The position numbers and the translations under genes were made by a program. A stretch of 64,000 bases of DNA from Candidatus Undinarchaeota archaeon (GTDB lineage Archaea; SpSt-1190; JASMDC01), in NCBI GenBank assembly GCA_964519305.1, contig CAZFHY010000001.1, positions 378,132-442,131 on the forward strand. Direction: 5' to 3'. This document shows positions 35,843-45,792 of this stretch, piece by piece (the stretch's first letter is position 1; each line of letters opens with the position of its first letter). The notes beneath the pieces were generated by a model. That model was not told where the DNA came from and ran no database searches. It saw only the letters and a list, made by a program, of their open reading frames with translations.

Positions 35843-36496
35843 TCACGCCTCCTCGACGGCGTTCATCTCCGGCAGCGGATTATCCTCAAGGAAGGTGTTG
35901 AGCATCGTCCAGCCGTTGGCCAGAATGAAGGCACCCGGGATCAACATGGCCAGGGGAGGAGGGGGGCGGGTGAGCTGCCCCACGACAAGGACCGCCGTGA
36001 GCATGAGCGAATAGCCAAGGAGTCGCTGGATCTGGAGCACGGCCCCTGTTATGCAAAGAAGGAATACCACGGGGACCAGGAGCGGGGCCGCGGCAAAGAC
36101 GTTGGCCCGGATCCAGGTCTTCGAGGCCGGGTCCGTCACAATGATGAAGACCAGATAGATCGAGAGGATGCCATAGGTGAGCCCCAGGATGCCGAGCGAG
36201 CTCTTGAGCATCTCCATCTTGGCCTTCCGCTCGGGGGAGAACCGCACCTCGCCCATGCGCGGGACGGTGATGGCCTTGCGCAGGCCCACCCACATGGTCA
36301 AGAGCGAGAAACCGGCGACGCCCACGATCCAGGCGAAGTCCCCGGCCATCCCCCATCCCGCTATGATGAACCACACTCCGAGCATGATGTCGGCAAGACC
36401 ATCGTCGTGATAGCGAGTGAAGACCGAGCGCTCGAGGCGTGTAAGGTCTAGCTTGGCAATCCTCTTCTCGACATCGGTTTCCGCATCGGCTACCAT
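35843..36496 (-). CDS. Membrane protein (paralog of previous gene)
   Basis: Same DGL / IT.PR.G / F..DNP motifs. Confidence 0.75.
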   Translation of the reverse strand: MVADAETDVEKRIAKLDLTRLERSVFTRYHDDGLADIMLGVWFIIAGWGMAGDFAWIVGVAGFSLLTMWVGLRKAITVPRMGEVRFSPERKAKMEMLKSSLGILGLTYGILSIYLVFIIVTDPASKTWIRANVFAAAPLLVPVVFLLCITGAVLQIQRLLGYSLMLTAVLVVGQLTRPPPPLAMLIPGAFILANGWTMLNTFLEDNPLPEMNAVEEA

Positions 36497-36569
36497 CTCA
36501 CATCACTCCTGGGCGATCACCCGTCTCGCTCGCGCCCATGATGTACTCTATTGCGTTCCTGCAATTTAT

Positions 36570-36586
36570 ACTTTGCGTTACAAAGT
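36570..36586. promoter_or_regulatory. ACTTTG-N5-CAAAGT palindrome overlapping the BRE of the leftward promoter
   Basis: ACTTTG-CGTTA-CAAAGT abuts the minus-strand TATAAAT (36564-36570). Confidence 0.65.
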
Positions 36587-36598
36587 TCTTTGCCTTTT

Positions 36599-36668
36599 TT
36601 GTTGTAATTCGATTAACAACAAACTATAAAAAGCTGCACTGACTAATGTTGTTAGATATTTTACAACA
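36599..36668. promoter_or_regulatory. Two TGTTG-N12-CAACA palindromes flanking the TATA box of the TrmB-family gene
   Basis: TTGTTG-TAATTCGATTAA-CAACAA, then CTATAAAAA, then TGTTG-TTAGATATTTTA-CAACA. Confidence 0.7.
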
Positions 36669-36681
36669 AGTGGTGCTCATT

Positions 36682-37491
36682 ATGACCGACCTTGCCGAAC
36701 GCCTCACGGACCTTGGCCTATCCCGCAACGAGGCAGATCTCTACCTAGCCCTCCTCAAGAGCGGCGAGGGTACTGCGTCGGAGGTTGCCAAGGACGCAGG
36801 TATCGCCCGTCCCGCAGTGTACGCTCTGCTGGACTCCCTTGTCGACATAGGCCTGGTGGAGGTGTTCCCGGTACGACCGCAGCGGTACCGGGCAAAGGGG
36901 CCTAGGGCCGCGCTCGCCGCACTGGTGGAGGGACGCAAGGGCAGGCTCGAGGAGGCACGGGAGTCGGTGTGCGATGAGCTCGAACAGCTCTATTCGGCCC
37001 CTGTCGCCACCCGGACACAGGTGTGGATCAACCGCGATCTCATGACGTGCGCAGGCAAGTACGCCGAGGTCCTCGGCAAGGCGAAGGAGGAGGTCATCAC
37101 CCTCGTGGGCTGGTGCTCCCGGAATGAGGTGTCCATCATCCTAGGAGCCCTCCGGGACGCGGCCGAGCGCGGGGTGGCCGTCCACGCCTACGTCATCGAT
37201 AACACCATCTACGACGACCAGGTGCCTACGGACGAGGTGTGTGAGCTTGCCAGGGACATCCCAGGGGTGCGTGTGCTCTCACCACCGTTCTCCCTCCCAT
37301 TCTCCCCGCCGATGAAGGTCCTCACCGTGGACGAGACCGACGCGGTGATAGTCGCCGGGGAGTTCGAGGGATCTGCGCTGGAGGATGTTGTCTCCATCCA
37401 CTACCAGCACCTGGGCACCCTAAACCGTGTGATCAGGAGCGTGCACACCAACATCCACAAGCTCCCCTTCGCAAAGATCTGGGGGCTGTGA
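36682..37491 (+). CDS. TrmB family transcriptional regulator
   Basis: LGLS..EA..Y.ALL..G..TA..VA...GI.R..VY..L..L...GLV....RP.RY; C-terminal effector domain. Confidence 0.9.
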   Translation: MTDLAERLTDLGLSRNEADLYLALLKSGEGTASEVAKDAGIARPAVYALLDSLVDIGLVEVFPVRPQRYRAKGPRAALAALVEGRKGRLEEARESVCDELEQLYSAPVATRTQVWINRDLMTCAGKYAEVLGKAKEEVITLVGWCSRNEVSIILGALRDAAERGVAVHAYVIDNTIYDDQVPTDEVCELARDIPGVRVLSPPFSLPFSPPMKVLTVDETDAVIVAGEFEGSALEDVVSIHYQHLGTLNRVIRSVHTNIHKLPFAKIWGL

Positions 37492-37495
37492 GGCC

Positions 37496-38431
37496 ATGGA
37501 CGCCATGATCGAGACCAAGGGGCTCCGCAAGGAGTTCGGCGAACTTGTCGCTGTCAACGACGTCTCGATCACAGTGAAGAAGGGAGAGGTGTTCGGATTC
37601 CTTGGCCCCAACGGCGCCGGAAAGTCGACGACCATCAACATGCTCATCACCATGCTCCCGATCACCGCGGGCTCGGGATCCGTGGCGGGGTGGGACGTGG
37701 CGAAGGACCCTGCTAAGGTCCGCGCCTCCATCGGCGTCATCATGCAGTCCAACTCCCTGGAGCCCGAGCTCACCACCCAGGAGAACCTTGAGTACTATGG
37801 CAGGCTCAACCACATGGACCCTACCGAGATGCCGGATGCCGTGCGCGAGGTGCTTGCCGTCGTCGGATTGGCCAAGAAAGCGGACGAGCTCGTCAAGAAC
37901 CTCTCCGGCGGGATGAAACGAAGGCTCGAGATCGCCCGCTCGTTCCTCCACCGGCCTGGCCTCATCTTCATGGACGAGCCCACCACGGGCCTGGACCCGC
38001 AGACCAAGCAGGCGATCTGGCGTTACATCCGCCATCTCAATCGCGACCAGGGGCTCACCATCTTTCTGACCACACATTACATGGAGGAGGCCGACGCCCT
38101 GTGCGACCGACTGGCCATCATCGACCACGGCCGCATCATCGCCGAGGGGACGCCCGTCGAGCTCAAGGACATGATCGGAGAGGGCGACATCATCGACGTT
38201 GCGGTGGACAGCGGCGAGGAAGAGCGCTTCGCTGTCATAGCCAAGGAGCTCGGGATGACAACGCGCTCCCACGAGGGCCGGCTGCGGCTTTACACCGACC
38301 GGGGCGAGGAGCGCATCCCGGATCTCATGGCGGCGTGTGCCGGGAAGGTCCACATACGCTCGATAGCTCTCCACGAGCCGACTCTCGAGGATGTGTTCAT
38401 CCATTTCACCGGGAGGTCCATGCGGGAATGA
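37496..38431 (+). CDS. ABC transporter ATP-binding protein (DrrA-like)
   Basis: GPNGAGKS, LSGGM.RR, MDEPT.GLDP, TTHYMEEA, PTLEDVF. Confidence 0.95.
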   Translation: MDAMIETKGLRKEFGELVAVNDVSITVKKGEVFGFLGPNGAGKSTTINMLITMLPITAGSGSVAGWDVAKDPAKVRASIGVIMQSNSLEPELTTQENLEYYGRLNHMDPTEMPDAVREVLAVVGLAKKADELVKNLSGGMKRRLEIARSFLHRPGLIFMDEPTTGLDPQTKQAIWRYIRHLNRDQGLTIFLTTHYMEEADALCDRLAIIDHGRIIAEGTPVELKDMIGEGDIIDVAVDSGEEERFAVIAKELGMTTRSHEGRLRLYTDRGEERIPDLMAACAGKVHIRSIALHEPTLEDVFIHFTGRSMRE

Positions 38432-39495
38432 GCATCGCCGACGACCTCGGGGACGTGTACACAATCTGGCATAAGGAGATGTTGGTCTGGCTCAGGAACC
38501 CGATCATCGGTATCGCCCGCTCGGCTATCTTCGGGATCATCTTTCTGCTGGTGTTCGCCCGGGCCATCGGTGGCGACGTGTCGAACCTGCCCGTCGCAGT
38601 TGTACGTCTGGGAGCGAGCCCCGCCGGTGACGCGTTCATCGCCGACGTCTTCGAGGGACCTGCTCTCCATATGGCCACGGACACGTCCTATGCCGAAGCG
38701 CTGGCCTTATTCCGGGCCCAGAAGGTCAAGGCCGTCGTGGTCGTTACCGCTGATTTCCCGCGGGGAGTACGGCTGCTGGTGGACGGGACCTCGCCGACGG
38801 TACGCAGCGCCATCGCCGGACGGATCAAGCAGGCCCTCCTTGCCCGCAACGACGCTGGGCTGCAGGAAGAGGTGCTCTACGGCTACGGCCTCGACTACGT
38901 GGACTTCCTCGTCCCGACCGCCATCATGATGGTCGTAGCGTTCACCGGCATCTTCGCCGGAGGGATAGGTCTCCTGCAGGACAGGGAAAAGGGAAGCCTC
39001 GCCGCCACACTGCTAGCTCCCGTACGGATGGAGTCAATCCTCGTGGGCAAGCTCCTGTCGGGCGTCACCCAGGCGGTCACCGGAGGGACCATCGCACTAC
39101 TGGTCGCCATCTTCATCGGGACGGGGCTCAGGACGGGTCCTGCCGAGATCCTCATGCTCATGGTCGTCATGACCCTGCTCGGGTTCGCCATCATCGGTGC
39201 CTCCATCGCAATCGCCTCCTCCGTATCGGAGCTGCAGGTGTTCCTGCTGGTGTTCCAGCTCTTCCTAATGCCGCTGTGGATTCTGTCCGGCGGCATCTAC
39301 CCGGTGGAGTCACAGCCCGCGTATCTGAGCTGGATAGTGCCTTTCAATCCCCTCCACTACGCCATCGATGCCATGCGCGCTGTGATGGCCCGCGGCGTCA
39401 TCTTCGAGTCCATCGCGGTGGACATCGCCTATCTCACGTTCTTCTCCTCGCTCATGGTGGCCTTCGCCACCCGAAGGTTCAAGCGACAGGTATGA
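38428..39495 (+). CDS. ABC-2 type permease
   Basis: ATGA overlap with the ATPase; DRE.G.L...L.AP, SG..YP, NPL.YA.DA.R. Confidence 0.9.
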   Translation: MSIADDLGDVYTIWHKEMLVWLRNPIIGIARSAIFGIIFLLVFARAIGGDVSNLPVAVVRLGASPAGDAFIADVFEGPALHMATDTSYAEALALFRAQKVKAVVVVTADFPRGVRLLVDGTSPTVRSAIAGRIKQALLARNDAGLQEEVLYGYGLDYVDFLVPTAIMMVVAFTGIFAGGIGLLQDREKGSLAATLLAPVRMESILVGKLLSGVTQAVTGGTIALLVAIFIGTGLRTGPAEILMLMVVMTLLGFAIIGASIAIASSVSELQVFLLVFQLFLMPLWILSGGIYPVESQPAYLSWIVPFNPLHYAIDAMRAVMARGVIFESIAVDIAYLTFFSSLMVAFATRRFKRQV

Positions 39496-39502
39496 GGTGA
39501 GC

Positions 39503-41545
39503 ATGATGTACGAGAGCTATACACAAGGACAAAGTGGACGACGGGGGGCGCAAGCCCTCATCCTTGCCGCCCTTCTGGTGGCGTCCCTTGCCAGCGGCCA
39601 GGCCCAAGGAACACAAACCGTGTGGGCACAGTTCGATGACCTGCGGTTCTCTCCCGCGCAGGTCCGCCCGGGCGAGCCGTTCACCCTCTCCTTCGAGGTG
39701 CGTAACATCCTCGATGTGGAGATGGAGGACATGCACCTAGAGCTCTCGCTAGCCGGACCCTTCGAGGACCTGGACGCCAGCTACGTCTACATCGGCGACA
39801 TGAGGCCTAACGCCACCGCGCCCGTCTCGTTCCACCTCCAGGTGGACGAGGACACACCAGCCGGTGTGTACCCGCTCACGGTCATCGTTTCCATGGAGGC
39901 CACGGCCCAGGCGGTCCAGGGTACGCGGTTCCTAGAGATGAAGACTACCGGCTACTCCTTTACTAAGCTCGTCAACGTCCGTGTCCACGGCGAGCCCCAT
40001 GTAGTGGGTGCCGTGGCGGCCGGCGACATTCGTGACATCCACCCGGGCGACCGGTTCACAGCCACACTCCGCCTTGTGAACAACGGGACAGACATCGCCG
40101 AGGACCTGCGGATCACGGCCGTACCGACGGACAAGCTCACAGCCGAATGGGGATTCGCTGACCAGTTCGTGGGCGATCTGCCACCAGGAGCTGCTGCCGC
40201 TATCACCCTTGTCGGTACCGTCGAGGAGGGTGCGGGGACCGGGGAGCACGCCCTTCCGCTCACCCTATTGTGGATAGGTGACGGCGGCGCGTACACTGGT
40301 TCGTTGGAGGTTATGGTCGACGTCCGTCCCGCAATGCCCGCTCTCGATGTCGCCACCGTGGCATCGGAGCCGGCCATCGTCGTCCCTGGCGATCCCTTCG
40401 CACTCACTGTCAGGATGGTGAACGCAGCCACAGATCCCGGGGATGCTGCCGAGGAGGTCACCGTGTCCCTGAGCTCCACCGGATCGCTGCTCATCGGTGC
40501 CGCGGGCCGCACACAGGTGCTGGGTACGCTCCCCGGCGGGGCCGCCGCACCGGTCGTTTTCGTTGGCGAAGCGCTCCTGAGCGCCGTCCCGGGGGATCAC
40601 GAGATTCCCATTACCATCACCTGGACACAGGACGGCAGGTCCGAGCAACTGGCGTCGACAGTGCTCCTGAGCGTGGCAACGTCCTCGCCCTCGCTCGCCG
40701 TCTCTTCGGTGATCTCCCAGCCGACATCGCTACGTCCCGGTGAGCCGTTCTCGGTCACACTCCGCGTCGTCAATACTGGCGCGGCCCCTCACCACAAAGG
40801 CCAGGACGTGGTAGCGTCCGTCGCCTCGACGGCCGTGTTCAGCTTCCACGCCGCCGGTCGTGAGCAGATGCTCGGCACCATCCCGCCGGGCGGCTTTGCC
40901 ACGGCCACCATCGCTGGCGAGGTGGACGATAACGCGACGGCAGGGGATCATACCGTACCCATCAAGCTCGTCCACAGGTCAGGAACGGTCGAGGGCGTTA
41001 TAACCCTCACGGTCGCGGAAGCCGCCGACTTCGCCATCAGGGGAAGGAATCCCCCGCTCCTGCGGGACGAGACCCGCCAGCCTGTCAGCTTCGTGGTCCG
41101 GAACACCGGCACCACTACCGCCGAACAGGTGAGCCTCACCCTCATGGCGTCCTATCCGATCACCCCGGCGGGGCGTACGGCCTACATCCCACTGCTCCCA
41201 CCCGGCGAGAGGGAAGAGGTAGTGTTCCATGTGGACGTGGACGCAGAAGCCACGCCCCAGGGTTACCCGTTGGAGGTCGTTATCGCGTGGCAGGAGGGCA
41301 GCGAGCGCATGCGACGCCAGCAGACGGACATGGTGGCCCTCGAGGTGTCCCAATCCAAGCCCCGCTTCAGGTGGGAGATACCGCTCGCGATTGTGCTGGT
41401 CGTCCTGCTCATCGTTCGGATGCAGATGCGCAAGGGACATGGCAAGGCACGTAAGGGTCCGTCCGCCACTGAGGAAGGTCCCGCTCCGGAGGATGAGAGC
41501 GACAAATCTGAGAGGAAGAAGAAAGGGAAGAAGGGGCGCAAGTAG
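39503..41545 (+). CDS. S-layer-domain (COG1361-like) protein with tandem Ig/CARDB-like repeats
   Basis: Repeated PG(D/E).F......N...A.......G.L.PG units; C-terminal TM plus Lys-rich tail. Confidence 0.8.
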   Translation: MMYESYTQGQSGRRGAQALILAALLVASLASGQAQGTQTVWAQFDDLRFSPAQVRPGEPFTLSFEVRNILDVEMEDMHLELSLAGPFEDLDASYVYIGDMRPNATAPVSFHLQVDEDTPAGVYPLTVIVSMEATAQAVQGTRFLEMKTTGYSFTKLVNVRVHGEPHVVGAVAAGDIRDIHPGDRFTATLRLVNNGTDIAEDLRITAVPTDKLTAEWGFADQFVGDLPPGAAAAITLVGTVEEGAGTGEHALPLTLLWIGDGGAYTGSLEVMVDVRPAMPALDVATVASEPAIVVPGDPFALTVRMVNAATDPGDAAEEVTVSLSSTGSLLIGAAGRTQVLGTLPGGAAAPVVFVGEALLSAVPGDHEIPITITWTQDGRSEQLASTVLLSVATSSPSLAVSSVISQPTSLRPGEPFSVTLRVVNTGAAPHHKGQDVVASVASTAVFSFHAAGREQMLGTIPPGGFATATIAGEVDDNATAGDHTVPIKLVHRSGTVEGVITLTVAEAADFAIRGRNPPLLRDETRQPVSFVVRNTGTTTAEQVSLTLMASYPITPAGRTAYIPLLPPGEREEVVFHVDVDAEATPQGYPLEVVIAWQEGSERMRRQQTDMVALEVSQSKPRFRWEIPLAIVLVVLLIVRMQMRKGHGKARKGPSATEEGPAPEDESDKSERKKKGKKGRK

Positions 41546-41572
41546 CGCCCCTCTCCGCGTTGCGTCTAGCGC

Positions 41573-42091
41573 CTATTCCTCGTGGCCGAACATCACCTTG
41601 ACGGCGGTGGCTTCGCGGTTGTACTCGTCGGTGTAGGTGGAGCTCACGGTGCTGGTGAGAACGCTGTCCTCGACATCGTGGGCCGCCTTCAAGCCTGCCC
41701 TGTAGCCTTTGAAGCTCTGGATCGGGTGCTTCCAGTCTGCCAGTGGCGACATGGTCTCCGGAACGCCTAGGTCAGCCTCGGCGACCCTGCTCACAAGCTC
41801 CTCAAGACCTTCCTTGGATCCTACGTAGGTGACCTTCGTACCGGACTCCTCACCCATGGTCATGAGCGCGCGGGAGTAGCTGTTCAGGCTCTTCTCGTAG
41901 GGCTCGACGGTCACGTCCATCTGGTATCCGTCTGCGGCCATGGCGTCCATGACGTCCGTGATGGGCGATCCGAACTCATCGGCCCGCTGCGGATAGGCTG
42001 TGACCACGTGGGTAGGGAAGTCGATGCATGAGTAGGTCCTGATGTCCCTGTCAATAGCATAGTTCAGTTCAGCTCGGACGAGTTCTTCCAT
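41573..42091 (-). CDS. Hypothetical acidic protein
   Basis: ORF starting MEELVRAE after a CAGGTG SD-like sequence and TATATAA box. Confidence 0.65.
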   Translation of the reverse strand: MEELVRAELNYAIDRDIRTYSCIDFPTHVVTAYPQRADEFGSPITDVMDAMAADGYQMDVTVEPYEKSLNSYSRALMTMGEESGTKVTYVGSKEGLEELVSRVAEADLGVPETMSPLADWKHPIQSFKGYRAGLKAAHDVEDSVLTSTVSSTYTDEYNREATAVKVMFGHEE

Positions 42092-42190
42092 GAGCAAACA
42101 CCTGAGGCCCCCGGCTCCCGTAAGGCCCTTATATAGCTTGTGTTTGGGTGTAAGTATGGGAAAAAAGGTCACGAACTACCGACATCGGTC

Positions 42191-43177
42191 CTATTCGCTC
42201 TTGCCAGAGAGCTCATCGAGGATCTCGCGGAACTCGCCGACCTCGGTTGCGATAGATTCGTAGGTGCCCTTAATCATCTGGGCGTCCTTCATGATCTCCT
42301 TCCGATCGTTCCCGCTCTCCGCTGCGTAACGTTCCATGTCGTCGGCCTCTTCCTTCGAGAGAGGCTGAGAGTACTCCGGTCTGAGAAGGATCTCGAGGTT
42401 ATAGGTGACCTTGTCGGCGCTCAGGTTCCGGTAGGCAGGCTCGATAATGTCCTTGATACCCTCGAGCCCCAGCTCACCGTCGCCCAGAGGGAGGTGGTCG
42501 GGGACACCGTACCAGGGGTGGCCCTGTGTCATGTCGCAGTCGTGTACGTGGAAATGGACAGGTTTCCCGATATTGGACACACGCTCCACCACTTCCCGGC
42601 TCCTCTCCACAGCAGCGTCACGGTCGAGCCCTTCCTGCGCCCTGAAGTGCTGGTAGAGATGGCCTATGTCGACACATGCGGACACGCTGTCCGATGTCAC
42701 CCTAGAGACCACGTCGATCCAGTCATCAGGATCGCTCGAACAGTATTCTAGGAAAATGGTACCTTTACCGTCGATCTTGCTGAGTGCCGCGGCATAGTTC
42801 TTCTTCTCGGCCTCGGTCATTCGCCCTTCCCCACCGCGCTCCTCATGGAGGATGAAGCCACGGGCCTTGTCCCCGTAGGTATCCAATAGCTCCGAGATGC
42901 GGTAGGCACTGTCCCGGGCTACCTGCTGGTCCGGGGTGTTGAAGTTGTACATGAACGGCTCGCCCGGATCGGCACGGAGGTGGATCGTGCGCAGGGGCAT
43001 GCCCTCGGTCGCTTGCAGCTGTGTGTCGAGCGCTTCGTAGGTATGTGCGTTGATCTCTGCACCGATGTTGATCCGGTCCATGATATCCGTCTGTAGAGGT
43101 AAGTACTGCTCCCGTCCGCGATACAAGTGCAACTTGCAGACGATACCCTCTTCAGGACCGACCTCGGTCGAGTACAT
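42191..43177 (-). CDS. Xylose isomerase-like TIM-barrel protein (AP endonuclease 2 superfamily)
   Basis: LE, CVDIGH, HVHD, DHLPLGDG, LE metal-binding motifs. Confidence 0.75.
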   Translation of the reverse strand: MYSTEVGPEEGIVCKLHLYRGREQYLPLQTDIMDRINIGAEINAHTYEALDTQLQATEGMPLRTIHLRADPGEPFMYNFNTPDQQVARDSAYRISELLDTYGDKARGFILHEERGGEGRMTEAEKKNYAAALSKIDGKGTIFLEYCSSDPDDWIDVVSRVTSDSVSACVDIGHLYQHFRAQEGLDRDAAVERSREVVERVSNIGKPVHFHVHDCDMTQGHPWYGVPDHLPLGDGELGLEGIKDIIEPAYRNLSADKVTYNLEILLRPEYSQPLSKEEADDMERYAAESGNDRKEIMKDAQMIKGTYESIATEVGEFREILDELSGKSE

Positions 43178-43181
43178 TGTC

Positions 43182-43197
43182 ACTACTAATGAGTAGT
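43182..43197. promoter_or_regulatory. ACTACT-N4-AGTAGT palindrome between the TATA box and the start
   Basis: ACTACT-AATG-AGTAGT; same core as 25866-25881. Confidence 0.6.
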
Positions 43198-43202
43198 TAA
43201 TT

Positions 43203-44456
43203 CTATTTAAGGGTTTCGGTTTGGACGTCCACCGCCAAACGGACGATGTTCACCAGCACTTCACAGGCTTTGACCATGCTCTTGACCGGGACGAACTCGG
43301 TACGGGAGTGGAAGTTGTGTCCACCGTCAAAGAGGTTCGGTGTCGGCAGCCCCATGAAGGATAACCGGGCACCATCGGTCCCTCCTCGCACAGGGACTAT
43401 GTGCGGTTCCATGCCCGCCTCACGCATGGCGCGTTCAGCGAGCGAGGCCGCCTGCGGATGCTCGTCGAGCACTTCGCGCATGTTCCGATAACTGTCCTCG
43501 ATCACCAGAGCGACGGTGCCGTCGCCGTAACGCTCGTTCATTCCATCGGCGAACCCGGTCAGCAATCCCTTCCGTTCCTCGAACCTTCCTACGTCGAAGT
43601 CGCGGACGATGAGCTTGACGGTAGCCTTCTCGACCTTCCCCTCGATCCGCGTGACATGGAAGAACCCCTCGCGTCCCTCGGTCGTTGAAGGACGCTCACT
43701 GGAAGGGAACAGGGCGATTAGCTCAGCTGCGATGAGAAGGGCGTTCTTCATCCTTCCTTTGGCGTAGCCCGGGTGAAGATTGAATCCCGTGATGATGAAC
43801 GTTGCTTCGGCCGCGTTGAAGGTCTCCAGTTCGAGCTGTCCGAGCGGTCCGCCGTCAACGGTGTACGCCAGGTCTGCGGCGAAAGCATCGACATCGAAAT
43901 CATCTGCCCCCTCACCGATCTCCTCGTCGGTCGTGAAGGCCACGCGAATGGTACCGTGGGGGATGTCCGGATGAAGGACTAGATGCTCGAGAGCAGTTAC
44001 CACTTCTGCGATGCCCGCCTTGTCATCGGCGCCCAGAAGGGTGCTGCCGTCGCTGGTGATTATATCGTCACCCTCGAACTCGGCGAGGTGCGGCGTGTCG
44101 GCGACGGTGATGGACCCGCCGGCCGGGAGCTGGATGTCGCCGCCCGTGTAATGGTGCACAAGGGGTGTGACGTCCTTACCCGACACTTCAGGAGATGTGT
44201 CCAAGTGGGTGATCAGGCCGATGACCGGCGCTGTCCGTCCCTCCGGTAGGTTGGACGACAGCGTGGCGAACACACGTCCCCGGTTGTCCCGGCCCACATC
44301 GGTGCAGCCCAGGTCCCGCAGTTCGTCCATGAGGTGCAAAGCCAGCGCCATCTGCCCTGGGGAAGAGGGACGGTGACGGGAACCCTCGTCAGAGGACGTG
44401 TCCACCCTCACGTAGGCTAGGAACCGCTCTACAACTCGCTGACGCATTACATCCAT
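43203..44456 (-). CDS. pepT: Peptidase T
   Basis: ERF..YV..DT.S, HLDT, LLGADDKAG, DEEIG, HPG.AK, RGGTDG, HNFH. Confidence 0.95.
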   Translation of the reverse strand: MDVMRQRVVERFLAYVRVDTSSDEGSRHRPSSPGQMALALHLMDELRDLGCTDVGRDNRGRVFATLSSNLPEGRTAPVIGLITHLDTSPEVSGKDVTPLVHHYTGGDIQLPAGGSITVADTPHLAEFEGDDIITSDGSTLLGADDKAGIAEVVTALEHLVLHPDIPHGTIRVAFTTDEEIGEGADDFDVDAFAADLAYTVDGGPLGQLELETFNAAEATFIITGFNLHPGYAKGRMKNALLIAAELIALFPSSERPSTTEGREGFFHVTRIEGKVEKATVKLIVRDFDVGRFEERKGLLTGFADGMNERYGDGTVALVIEDSYRNMREVLDEHPQAASLAERAMREAGMEPHIVPVRGGTDGARLSFMGLPTPNLFDGGHNFHSRTEFVPVKSMVKACEVLVNIVRLAVDVQTETLK

Positions 44457-44543
44457 AGGCTCATCAACTCCCGTTCACGGCGGGCAAGCACCACCCCCGA
44501 GATATATTTAAATGATAGATTGCTCGGCCGCCCGGAATTCGCC

Positions 44544-45788
44544 ATGGGTCATGATTATTTCAAAGAAGTCGTACAGGACATGGAGCGGGCCGCCAAGGTC
44601 ATAGACCTGCCCAAGGACCATGTCGAACGACTTGCCTACCCTCGCGCAGTGATCAGGGTCGCAGTTCCTCTGGTACGTGACGACGGCTCCATCGAGGTGT
44701 TCACGGGCTACCGCATCCAGCACGATAACGCCCGCGGTCCCTTCAAGGGAGGCATCAGGCTGGACCCCGATGTCGAGCCTGATATGCTCAAGGCAATCGC
44801 CGCCATCATGAGCCTGAAGTGCGCGGCCATGGACATCCCGTGGGGCGGGTCCCATGGCGCCGTCTCGTGCGATCCTGAGAAGCTCTCCAGGGGCGAGCTG
44901 GAGCGGGTCGCCCGGCGCTACACATACATGCTCCTCCCATTTATCGGTCCCAAGAAGGACATCCCCGCTCCCGGCCGTGGCACGGACGCCCAGGTCATGA
45001 GCTGGATCATGGACACCTTCAGCACTATGCAAGGTCACACCATCACGGGCGTCGTCACCGGCAAGCCCGTGGAGGTCGGGGGGACCAGGGGGCGTAAGGA
45101 CGCCACCGGTCGCGGCGTCATGTTCATCACACGACGGGCGCTCGATGATGCGGACATCCCTCTCCAGGGAGCAAGGATCGCCTGTATCGGGTTCGGTAAC
45201 GTCGGGAGCTTCGCGGCCTACCATCTGGCCCGCAAGGGATGCAAGGTACTGGCCGCTTCGGACCGCCACGGCGGAGTACACAACCCTTCCGGTCTCGACA
45301 TCCACGCACTCAGGGAATGGGTGGAGGAGAAGGGAACGGTAAAAGGATTCCCGGGGGCCGAGCCCATCACGGACGACGACATCCTGGCCATGGACACCGA
45401 CGTGCTCGTCTCTGCGGCACGCGAGTTGACGGTCACCAGCAAGAACCAGGCCAAGATCAATGCCCGTATCATCGTGGAGGCGGCCAACGCATCCGTCACG
45501 TCCAAGGCAGCGAGCGCCCTCCACAAGCGGGGGATCGTCGTGCTCCCGGACATCCTTGTCAGCGCGGGCGGAGTGACCGCCTCCTACTTCGAGTGGGTCC
45601 AGGACACATCGTCCTTCTTCTGGGGCGAGCACGAGATCGCCGTACGGCTCCGCGACCTCATGCTCCAGGCCTACGACGATGCCAACGCGATAGCTAGAGA
45701 GCATAATGTGGACCTGCGGACCGCGGCCTATGTCCTTGGAGTAGGCCGACTGGTCGAGGCACAGGTCCAACGTGGCATCTGGCCCTGA
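44544..45788 (+). CDS. Glu/Leu/Phe/Val dehydrogenase homolog, probably non-catalytic (regulatory type)
   Basis: GP.KGGIR, GR..ATGRG, GFGNVG and GGVT.SYFEW are present, but GGxKGG reads GGSHGA and PAPD reads PAPG. Confidence 0.85.
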   Translation: MGHDYFKEVVQDMERAAKVIDLPKDHVERLAYPRAVIRVAVPLVRDDGSIEVFTGYRIQHDNARGPFKGGIRLDPDVEPDMLKAIAAIMSLKCAAMDIPWGGSHGAVSCDPEKLSRGELERVARRYTYMLLPFIGPKKDIPAPGRGTDAQVMSWIMDTFSTMQGHTITGVVTGKPVEVGGTRGRKDATGRGVMFITRRALDDADIPLQGARIACIGFGNVGSFAAYHLARKGCKVLAASDRHGGVHNPSGLDIHALREWVEEKGTVKGFPGAEPITDDDILAMDTDVLVSAARELTVTSKNQAKINARIIVEAANASVTSKAASALHKRGIVVLPDILVSAGGVTASYFEWVQDTSSFFWGEHEIAVRLRDLMLQAYDDANAIAREHNVDLRTAAYVLGVGRLVEAQVQRGIWP

Positions 45789-45792
45789 ACCA

